From NCBI GenBank assembly GCA_964408085.1, contig CAYOYB010000004.1:1057-65056 (forward strand): a DNA stretch of 64,000 bases, written 5' to 3'. The stretch is from an uncultured Muribaculaceae bacterium (GTDB lineage Bacteria > Bacillota_I > Bacilli_A > RF39 > UBA660). The notes below the pieces were generated by a model that saw only the letters and a program-made list of their open reading frames with translations, was not told the DNA's origin and made no database searches. Positions 38,032 through 45,026 of this stretch are shown here, in pieces. The stretch's first letter is position 1; every line of letters begins with the position of its first letter. The position numbers and the translations under genes were made by a program.

Positions 38032-38346
38032 TTAAAGTCTTTTTTTTGTACCACTACTTAAATTAATAATTTCCTCAAAATCATCATCAACAGCCATAAC
38101 ATTTTTATGAATCATATTACATTGCTCACATTGATAAATAATCTTGTAAGTATCTTTAAACTTTTCAATTCCAATAGGTCTAAGTAATCCTTTACAAGAA
38201 TTTAACCGATCACCTGGATTAATATCAACATGTTTAGAACATAAGCAATAAGGACAATGATCTCTAGCTGTATAGTTTAATTTCGAAACTTCTTGACCAC
38301 AATTTTCACACTTAAAATTTTCATCACGCATTAAAAATCTTTTCAT
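38032..38346 (-). CDS. RNHCP-domain zinc-ribbon protein
   Basis: FKCENCGQ...ARDHCPYCLCSKHVD...CKGLL...YQCEQC matches the RNHCP pattern (RNHCPxCLxSxHxD). Start set at the ATG after AGAGG. Confidence 0.75.
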   Translation of the reverse strand: MKRFLMRDENFKCENCGQEVSKLNYTARDHCPYCLCSKHVDINPGDRLNSCKGLLRPIGIEKFKDTYKIIYQCEQCNMIHKNVMAVDDDFEEIINLSSGTKKRL

Positions 38347-38416
38347 AAACACCTCTATTTATATAATTTACAATCAAAAATTAAAATGATATAATATTTT
38401 TACTTGGAGTGAGCGT

Positions 38417-39139
38417 ATGGAATATAAATTTACAATAAATGATTTTGAAGGACCACTTGATTTATTACTACATTTAATTAAGCAATCTAACATTAATATC
38501 TATGATATAAATATAGAAGAAATCGCTGAACAATATTTAGATTTCATTAATTCTACTGAAAATCTTAATTTAAATATTGCTAGTGAATATTTAATTATGG
38601 CTGCTGAATTAATGGAAATAAAATCAAAAATGCTTCTTCCAAAACCAGAAAAAGAAAACGATGAAGAAGAAATTGACCCTAAAGAAAATCTTATTAATAA
38701 GTTATTAGAATATAACAAATACAAAAATATTATACCACAATTTCAAGAATTAAAAAGTGAAAGAGATAATATTTACACTAAAAACCCAGAAGACTTAAAA
38801 GATTTAGAAAAAGATGTAATAATTAATGAAAGCTCAGATTTAAAACTTTTAATTGATGCTTTAAATAATTTTTTAAGTTCCCAAAAATTAAATCAACCAT
38901 TAAATACAACTATTACTAAAAAAGAATACTCCATTGCTCAAAGAAATTTAGAAATTAAAAACATTTTAAAAATCAAAAAAAATGTTAACTTTTTAGAATT
39001 ATTTGATATAATTACAAAAGAATACATTGTAATTACATTTTTATCAATTCTAGATTTAGCTAAAAAAAATGAAATAATTATTGAACAAGATAAAAATTTT
39101 AATACAATTTTATTAAAAGATATCGAGGTGAAATCATGA
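38417..39139 (+). CDS. scpA: segregation and condensation protein A
   Basis: 240 aa. N-terminus FEGPLDLLLHLIKQSNINIYDINIEEIAEQYLDFI is typical ScpA. Overlaps scpB by 4 nt. Confidence 0.9.
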   Translation: MEYKFTINDFEGPLDLLLHLIKQSNINIYDINIEEIAEQYLDFINSTENLNLNIASEYLIMAAELMEIKSKMLLPKPEKENDEEEIDPKENLINKLLEYNKYKNIIPQFQELKSERDNIYTKNPEDLKDLEKDVIINESSDLKLLIDALNNFLSSQKLNQPLNTTITKKEYSIAQRNLEIKNILKIKKNVNFLELFDIITKEYIVITFLSILDLAKKNEIIIEQDKNFNTILLKDIEVKS

Positions 39140-39702
39140 ATTTAAAAGCTGTCCTAGAAGGTTTATTATTTTTATCCGGTAGTGAAGGTTTAACTTTTGA
39201 ACAAATTAAAGAAATTTTAGAAATAGATGACGCTAAAGGAAAACAACTTATTGCCGAATTAAACGCTGAATATAAATTAAGCACTCGTGGTATAAGACTA
39301 GAATTATTGGGTGGAGCATTTAAATTAACAACAAAAAAAGAACATAAGCCATATTTTGAAAAAATGTTGAAAAGTGAAGCTGAAGGTGAATTAAGTGAAG
39401 CTGCTTTAGAAACTTTAGCAATAATCGCTTATAATCAACCTATTACTAGAAATCAAATAGATGAAATAAGAGGTGTTAGTAGTTCACATATTATTAGAAA
39501 ATTGTTGATTAAAGCCCTTATTCAAGATTGTGGACGTTCAGAATTGCCAGGAAGACCAATTTTATACTCAACTACACCTCACTTTTTAGATTATTTTGGG
39601 CTTTCAAGTATAAGTGAATTACCACCATTAGAAATTAAAAATAATATAGAAACTACAAAAGAAGAAAATTTATTTGAAACGAGATATACAGAAAATAATT
39701 AA
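39136..39702 (+). CDS. scpB: segregation and condensation protein B
   Basis: 188 aa. LEGLLFLSGSEGLT..., AALETLAIIAYNQPITRNQIDEIRGV, GRPILYSTTPHFLDYFGL. Confidence 0.9.
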   Translation: MNLKAVLEGLLFLSGSEGLTFEQIKEILEIDDAKGKQLIAELNAEYKLSTRGIRLELLGGAFKLTTKKEHKPYFEKMLKSEAEGELSEAALETLAIIAYNQPITRNQIDEIRGVSSSHIIRKLLIKALIQDCGRSELPGRPILYSTTPHFLDYFGLSSISELPPLEIKNNIETTKEENLFETRYTENN

Positions 39703-39708
39703 AAATTA

Positions 39709-39738
39709 TTGATTAGATAAAATAGATTATGATATAAT
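39709..39738 (+). promoter_or_regulatory. promoter of tRNA-Leu
   Basis: TTGATT, an 18-nt spacer ending in TGA, then TATAAT. The -10 ends 12 nt before the tRNA 5' end. Confidence 0.6.
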
Positions 39739-39750
39739 CTATTTGTATTT

Positions 39751-39836
39751 GCCAACCTGGCGGAATGGTAGACGCAGTGGACTCAAAATCCACCGATAGC
39801 AATATCATGAGGGTTCAAGTCCCTTGGTTGGTACCA
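39751..39836 (+). tRNA. tRNA-Leu (anticodon CAA), CCA encoded
   Basis: Acceptor stem GCCAACC/GGTTGGT (G1.U72). Anticodon loop CT-CAA-AA. Long variable arm (CCGATAGCAATATCATGAGG). T-arm GGTTCAAGTCC. 3' ACCA. Confidence 0.9.
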
Positions 39837-39912
39837 TTTAAAAATCTGTTCGAACTTTTTCGAACTTTAAATAGGAGACTTGTCAAAAGTCTTTTTTTAT
39901 GTTATTATGAAT
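39831..39912 (+). repeat. copy A of an approximately 80-bp imperfect direct repeat that begins inside the tRNA-Leu 3' end
   Basis: GTACCATTTAAAAATCTGTTCGAACTTTTTCGAACTTTAAATAGGAGACTTGTCAAAAGTCTTTTTTTATGTTATTATGAAT aligns base-for-base at most positions with 41221-41300. Confidence 0.8.
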
Positions 39913-39914
39913 GC

Positions 39915-40028
39915 AGCAAGAAATCTTGCATAAAATAAAAAAGGGAACATTCAGTTTTGCAATGTTGAATGTCTACCCAATTAGAATTGATTAGACACTT
40001 ATTCTAGCGAATGAGTGTCATTTTTTTA
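39915..40028 (+). ncRNA. putative small RNA 1 (candidate type I antitoxin)
   Basis: Promoter is TTGTCA (39880-39885), 17 nt, TATTAT (39903-39908). Three hairpins: GCAAG/CTTGC at 39916-39929, ACATTCA/TGAATGT at 39947-39972, and terminator GACACTTAT/ATGAGTGTC at 39994-40019 followed by T7. Its 3' end overlaps the stop codon of the convergent peptide gene. Confidence 0.55.
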
Positions 40029-40110
40029 TTGCTAACACCAAGAAGGTAGAGAGTAATAAAATGATAGCAATGAGCTTTAAAACCTTTACTATGAAAGTTT
40101 TAGTTTTCAT
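40018..40110 (-). CDS. 30-aa hydrophobic peptide (candidate type I toxin 1)
   Basis: Not in the ORF track because it is too short. GAGAGGAGG RBS, then ATG at 40110. Sequence MKTKTFIVKVLKLIAIILLLSTFLVLAIKK, with TGA at 40018-40020. Confidence 0.55.
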   Translation of the reverse strand: MKTKTFIVKVLKLIAIILLLSTFLVLAIKK

Positions 40111-40176
40111 CTTATCAAACCTCCTCTCTTTGAAAGATTAGAGGCAGACACTCAACAACTGATATTCCCTAAAATA

Positions 40177-40205
40177 ATTATACTATAAGTTAACTATGTG
40201 TACAA
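40177..40205 (-). promoter_or_regulatory. promoter of peptide gene 1
   Basis: On the - strand: TTGTAC, 17 nt, TATAAT. This gives a 5' UTR of about 60 nt in which CCTCT can pair with the AGAGG of the RBS. Confidence 0.55.
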
Positions 40206-40350
40206 GCGAACATAATAAATTCATGAAAATTTTTTTATGAATCTACTTATATTTTAATACTTGCGTCAAAATATATAGAGTTTAGAAATTTTGTCAAAAC
40301 AAAATTGTATGTTATAATACAATATATTTAAGAATTAATGGAGGTTTTAC

Positions 40351-41199
40351 ATGAATACAATTATTTTAAGTGACACTGCTATTCTAGGTTTAGATTATAA
40401 AAGCACAAAAGAAGGTATTTGTTATTTAAAATTATTACAAAGTAAAGGATATAAACTTGTTGTTTTATCTAATAGACCAGAATTATGTATGAGAAAAATT
40501 GGTGCTTTTATATCAAATAATAATGAAGTATCATATCGATATTTAGGTTCATGTGATATTAAAGGAAATGGTATTGATATAATTTTTCATGATGATAAAC
40601 AAATTATAGACGAAATTAATATAAAATATGACTACACTGTATTTGGAAATGGTATATGTATATTTAATAATCAAGATAAATTAATCTATCAAGGACAATT
40701 TGTAACTAGAGAAATATTAAATGAAATGGTTGAAACTTTTAGAAAAAATGGATATAGATCTTATGGTGAATTGCAAATACTTTCAAAAGATAATTATGGA
40801 GATAGATGCTTTTTAGGACGTGAAGATGTATATAAATTTTTTACACCAACAATAGGAACGACTGAAATAACAGATAATATTTATGGAATGCAATGTAGTG
40901 GTCGAAGTGAAACAGAAGACAACTATATTATAAAAGAAATAGAAAATGCAATTTCAAGTATAAAAGGATATATATTAAATGAGAAACCTTGTTTTTATCA
41001 AAAAGATATAAATAAATTAACAGCGCTTAATTATCTTGCAAATAGTTATGGCATAAATATTGATGAAGCCATTATTTTATTAAGTGAGATTACAGATGAT
41101 GTTATAAATTCCAAATATAAAGCTACTAATTTAATTAATGAAAATAACAATACCTTTAAATATGGATCTATAAATCATGTCCTAAAAAAAGTGATATAG
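40351..41199 (+). CDS. hypothetical protein (weak HAD/Cof-like flavour only)
   Basis: 282-aa ORF with a GGAGG RBS. No canonical DxD motif seen, so no function assigned. Confidence 0.5.
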   Translation: MNTIILSDTAILGLDYKSTKEGICYLKLLQSKGYKLVVLSNRPELCMRKIGAFISNNNEVSYRYLGSCDIKGNGIDIIFHDDKQIIDEINIKYDYTVFGNGICIFNNQDKLIYQGQFVTREILNEMVETFRKNGYRSYGELQILSKDNYGDRCFLGREDVYKFFTPTIGTTEITDNIYGMQCSGRSETEDNYIIKEIENAISSIKGYILNEKPCFYQKDINKLTALNYLANSYGINIDEAIILLSEITDDVINSKYKATNLINENNNTFKYGSINHVLKKVI

Positions 41200-41220
41200 T
41201 TTTAAATAACTATACCAATA

Positions 41221-41300
41221 GTACCATTAAGAAATCTGCTCGAGCTATTCGAGCTCTAAATAGAGAACTTGCAAAAAGTTCTTTTTTATGTTAATATGTA
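41221..41300 (+). repeat. copy B of the direct repeat (no tRNA in front of it)
   Basis: GTACCATTAAGAAATCTGCTCGAGCTATTCGAGCTCTAAATAGAGAACTTGCAAAAAGTTCTTTTTTATGTTAATATGTAT. It starts with the same GTACCATT that ends tRNA-Leu in copy A. Confidence 0.8.
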
Positions 41301-41303
41301 TAT

Positions 41304-41417
41304 AGATGGAGGCAACTCCATATAATAAAAAAGGAACATTCAATATGCCGATGTTGAGTGTTGCCATTTAAATGGTTACCACCTAAATCATTGGATGAGT
41401 TAGGTGGATTTCTTTTA
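41304..41417 (+). ncRNA. putative small RNA 2 (candidate type I antitoxin)
   Basis: Promoter is TTGCAA (41269-41274), 17 nt, TAATAT (41292-41297). Hairpins: ATGGAG/CTCCAT at 41306-41321, AACATTCAA/TTGAGTGTT at 41335-41362, and terminator CCACCTAA/TTAGGTGG at 41379-41407 followed by a T-rich run. Same layout as sRNA 1 with different stem sequences. Confidence 0.55.
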
Positions 41418-41498
41418 TATTAGAGTTATAAATAACAATAATAGTAAAAGGAAGATAATAATTACTAGAGCAAAGATTAAAAAATCTTTCTTGTTCAT
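41415..41498 (-). CDS. 27-aa hydrophobic peptide (candidate type I toxin 2)
   Basis: GGGGAGG RBS, then ATG at 41498. Sequence MNKKDFLIFALVIIIFLLLLLLFITLI, with TAA at 41415-41417. Convergent with sRNA 2. Confidence 0.55.
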   Translation of the reverse strand: MNKKDFLIFALVIIIFLLLLLLFITLI

Positions 41499-41560
41499 AT
41501 TATCGCCTCCCCTCAACACGAAGTTTGGCTCCACCCAACTTATTAAATGTTCCTAAAACA

Positions 41561-41589
41561 ATTATAGCAAACATTTGTTCTTAATACAA
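41561..41589 (-). promoter_or_regulatory. promoter of peptide gene 2
   Basis: On the - strand: TTGTAT, a 17-nt spacer ending in TGC, then TATAAT. Same geometry as the copy 1 promoter. Confidence 0.55.
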
Positions 41590-41661
41590 TAATTTTATTC
41601 TAAATTTATTACTATTTATAAACACAATTGTGCATTACCATAGTTAATGAAAGGAAAAAAT

Positions 41662-42324
41662 ATGAGGTTAGCAATAATAAGTGATATTCATTCTAATTTA
41701 ATAGCTCTTAATCTAGCAATAAATGATTTAAAACATGAAAATATTGATAAAGTAATATTTTTGGGTGATTATATTACAGATGGAGAAAATGAAAATGAAA
41801 TTTTAGATATTGTAAAAAAGAATGCTGATTATGCAATCTTAGGAAATAGAGAAAAATATATATTAAATTATTCTCCTTCAAAAAAAGATTATAACAATTA
41901 CAAAACAATTGCTACTACATTTAATAATTTGAATGAAGAAAGTTTAAATTATATAAAATCATTAAAAAATCACTATACTATTACAATAAATAATCTCAAA
42001 ATTTTAATGATTCATGGTAATAAGTATTATAGTGATATGGAAAACATTTATAATATGTTCGATCAAATAATTGATGATTTTGACTTTGATATTTGTTTTT
42101 TTGGTCATTCACACCAATATACATATAAAAAATATAAAAACAAAATATTCTTAAATCCAGGTTCACTTGGACAATCTGTTGATCGACCTACTTATAAATA
42201 TTGTATAGTAGAAATATCAGATAAAATAAATGTCCTTCTAAAAGAATTTAAAACAAAAGATACACTTAATGAATTTGTTGATAAATATAAAAAGACAAAA
42301 TATTATAGTAAAAATTACGTTTGA
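41662..42324 (+). CDS. calcineurin-like metallophosphoesterase (YfcE/MJ0936-like), ends at an in-frame TGA
   Basis: Start set at MRLAIISDIHSN (AAAGGA RBS). Motifs DIHSN, GDYITDG, GNRE, MIHGN and GHSHQ. The frame stays open for 55 more codons after the TGA. Confidence 0.8.
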   Translation: MRLAIISDIHSNLIALNLAINDLKHENIDKVIFLGDYITDGENENEILDIVKKNADYAILGNREKYILNYSPSKKDYNNYKTIATTFNNLNEESLNYIKSLKNHYTITINNLKILMIHGNKYYSDMENIYNMFDQIIDDFDFDICFFGHSHQYTYKKYKNKIFLNPGSLGQSVDRPTYKYCIVEISDKINVLLKEFKTKDTLNEFVDKYKKTKYYSKNYV

Positions 42325-42496
42325 GCTAACTTAATTTTATATACAATAAAATATGGCAATGATTATTGTGGGATGTTTGTAAAATTATTTAATGATAAAA
42401 TAGCAAGTATAAATGAAATTAGTGTTGATGAATTTAATAAAATGTGGAATGATACTTATGAAGAATTCTGTGATAAATTCAATTTAAATTAAGAAA

Positions 42497-42529
42497 AAAC
42501 CAAACCTTTAAAAGTTTGGTTTTATTTAT
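42497..42529 (+). terminator. intrinsic terminator after the extended phosphoesterase frame
   Basis: AAACCAAAC-CTTTAAAA-GTTTGGTTT (9-bp perfect stem) followed by TATTTAT. It begins 5 nt after the TAA at 42490-42492. Confidence 0.7.
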
Positions 42530-42566
42530 AAATATAGTAAAAAAAGATAATTAAATCACTTTTAAA

Positions 42567-42935
42567 TTAATTAAATATATTCATAATACTTGGTAATAAG
42601 AAAATAGATGCAATAATAACTAATCCAATTATTATCAATATAACATCTTCTAAATTAAATTCTTTGTTTAATATTTTTATTTTTTTATTATTAGTATCGT
42701 CTTTTGTTTCTTCAGTATTAGTTGGTTGTTCAGTTTCTTCTAATACTTCTTCTAATTCATCAACTTTAGAAGTAACATTATCAGTTTCCTCAACCTCTTC
42801 TAATTCCTCTAATTCTTCAACATCATTTAAAACTTCAACATCATTATTTTGATTATCATTATCATTTTTAACCACTTGATTTTCAAAATTAAAATCATAA
42901 GTTAAATCTTGATTTTTATTTTCTTCATTATTCAT
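42567..42935 (-). CDS. acidic, low-complexity protein with C-terminal TM anchor
   Basis: 122 aa, with Asn/Asp/Glu-rich repeats (VEELEELEEVEE) and a C-terminal helix ILIIIGLVIIASIFLLPSI. Confidence 0.5.
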   Translation of the reverse strand: MNNEENKNQDLTYDFNFENQVVKNDNDNQNNDVEVLNDVEELEELEEVEETDNVTSKVDELEEVLEETEQPTNTEETKDDTNNKKIKILNKEFNLEDVILIIIGLVIIASIFLLPSIMNIFN

Positions 42936-43100
42936 ACATATCCCTCGCTTATTATAATAAGTATAACAAAAAAATCAAAAAAATCAAACTATTTTATTAA
43001 TTTTTTTATATTTAGCTAAATATAACATAATATTATTTTACATACTATATTTTTTTATAAAGCATAATCATATCTATCTATACTTAATTTTATTTTATTT

Positions 43101-44669
43101 CTACTTACTAATTGATATTAGATAATCTTCTAATTTGTTCAATAAATAATCTGATGCATCCTGCCCATCAGCCTTCATTCTCAGCATTGTAATTATATCA
43201 TCATCGTTTAATTCTATAATTAATTTGCCACTCTCTGTTAATATCCCTGTTGAAGCTTTACGAGCATTATGCGAAAATCCTTTTCTTGATATAATAATAG
43301 CTACATTTCTTAAAACAGCATTATATAGATATTTTTCAGTTATATAAATAAGATTTTGATCTAGCTCATCTTCATAATTCTTGAATTCAAAAACTACAAA
43401 CCTTGTATTATAATGATGAATAAGAATTTTCCAAAATTCTGAAGTTTCTTTTAACCCACATATTAAATCCATTCTAAACATTCTATCTTCTGTACTACTT
43501 TGTTCTAGCATTCTTGTAAATTCTGTTCCAAACAAAAACCTAACAATATCTACACATAATTTTTCATATATTTTATCACTTTCATTTTTATTACCATATT
43601 CCAAATCCCCTATTTTCTTTATGAAACTGGTTACATTGTCAATCTCCATGTCAATGCCTTCCCTTAATTCTTCTTTTGGTCGAATTTCAAAAGTTTCTAA
43701 ATCTACTAATGGTTTTGGAATAATATCATAAATATTATACTGAACTACTTCTATCAACGCTTTCATTAAATCATCATTTTCTTGTGATAAATATAATAAA
43801 TTAGAAATATCAATAATTATAACTTTTCTTTCTTTATAAGAAATTTCCTTTAATTCATCTGGAACTTGGCAAGACACAATTAGTATAGACACTACTTCTT
43901 CTTCATATTCTTCTTCCCATTTTCCCTTGTAATATTCTACTTGTTCTATTGCTCGTTTAATAATAGTGTTTTGTACAAACTCACTCCTATAGCTCTTAAC
44001 TTCTATAATTATTTTTCTCCCATTATCGTCAACCACAAAATCTGTTCTCATAACTCTTTGGTTTGCTTTTAAAGCTACTTCTTTTTCAATTTTTGAAAAT
44101 TTTAATTCTTTCAAAAGTTTTTCTACAAAACATTCAAATTTAAATTCTAAGTAATTTGGATTTATATACCCATTAGCAATTACCTGCTGTATTGTCAATG
44201 AATAATCAATTGTTTTTTTATCTAACCATTTTTCATCTTTTGTTGTCATTTGAACTCTATCACAAAAACATATCACTTTAGATTCTTTAAATCCATGATA
44301 TATACTTTTATACTTTTCCTCGGATATCTTTTCTATATCATTCAATATAATATAATCAAAACTTACTATTGGAAATATATCATTATAATAATTACCTATT
44401 ACTACATTTTCATGGTCTTTTAATAAATCTTTAAATTGTTGTTCTAAAAATTTTGTTTTATGAATTATTAGTATACGTTTTTTAGAATCTAGCAATTCAA
44501 CCAAATACTTGATTACAGTACTTTTCCCCGTTCCAACTGGCATCTCAATAAAAATCTCTCTTTTATTTTGTTTCAAATTTTTAATGATGGTATCTATTAT
44601 TTCTTTTTGGTATACTCGCATATCATTTTTTATCATAATAATTTCTCCTGATTTTTCATATTTCCACAA
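43101..44669 (-). CDS. P-loop ATPase (helicase-like first RecA domain) fused to two PD-(D/E)xK nuclease-like regions; defence-like orphan
   Basis: Walker A is EMPVGTGKSTV, and a DExx-like IILNDIEK follows. Then RTDFVVDDNGRKIIIEVKSY (D...EVK) and RMDLICG...FVVFEFKNY (D...EFK). Start codon uncertain. Confidence 0.5.
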   Translation of the reverse strand: MWKYEKSGEIIMIKNDMRVYQKEIIDTIIKNLKQNKREIFIEMPVGTGKSTVIKYLVELLDSKKRILIIHKTKFLEQQFKDLLKDHENVVIGNYYNDIFPIVSFDYIILNDIEKISEEKYKSIYHGFKESKVICFCDRVQMTTKDEKWLDKKTIDYSLTIQQVIANGYINPNYLEFKFECFVEKLLKELKFSKIEKEVALKANQRVMRTDFVVDDNGRKIIIEVKSYRSEFVQNTIIKRAIEQVEYYKGKWEEEYEEEVVSILIVSCQVPDELKEISYKERKVIIIDISNLLYLSQENDDLMKALIEVVQYNIYDIIPKPLVDLETFEIRPKEELREGIDMEIDNVTSFIKKIGDLEYGNKNESDKIYEKLCVDIVRFLFGTEFTRMLEQSSTEDRMFRMDLICGLKETSEFWKILIHHYNTRFVVFEFKNYEDELDQNLIYITEKYLYNAVLRNVAIIISRKGFSHNARKASTGILTESGKLIIELNDDDIITMLRMKADGQDASDYLLNKLEDYLISISK

Positions 44670-45026
44670 CTGCAGATTTATTCATATTTTATCATACATA
44701 ACCATTAATTTTCAATAAAGCAATCTATATTCGAAAATTATTTTAAAATTACTTTGGCTTTTAGTAAATAATCCGCCATAAACAATAAACATTAGTGAAT
44801 ATATATTTAACTCATTTATATAAAGGTTATCTATAACTCATTTTAATATTTTTTTCTAACACCTAAAATAATTAAACACTTTTTGCATTTACTGACAACG
44901 ACAATTATTATCTGTTTTACTAATCATGGATATAATTCAAGCTTTGCAATAATTAAAAATTTCTATTTGATTTTCTAAATTTTAATATATAATATTTGCA
45001 ATTAATATATTAGAATCAGATATTAT

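Noticed and set aside
40351-41199. Assigning the 282-aa ORF as a HAD/Cof-type phosphatase
   Set aside because: The overall length and the N-terminal beta-strand-like start are suggestive. However, the catalytic DxD motif is not present at the expected place (ILSDTAILGLD), so it is left as hypothetical.
41647-42492. Idea that the organism reads TGA as Trp (genetic code 4)
   Set aside because: Dozens of long ORFs (up to 1211 aa) are intact under the standard code and use TGG for Trp. If TGA were a sense codon, many genes would appear fragmented in this code-11 ORF track, and they do not. The single in-frame TGA is treated as a local event.
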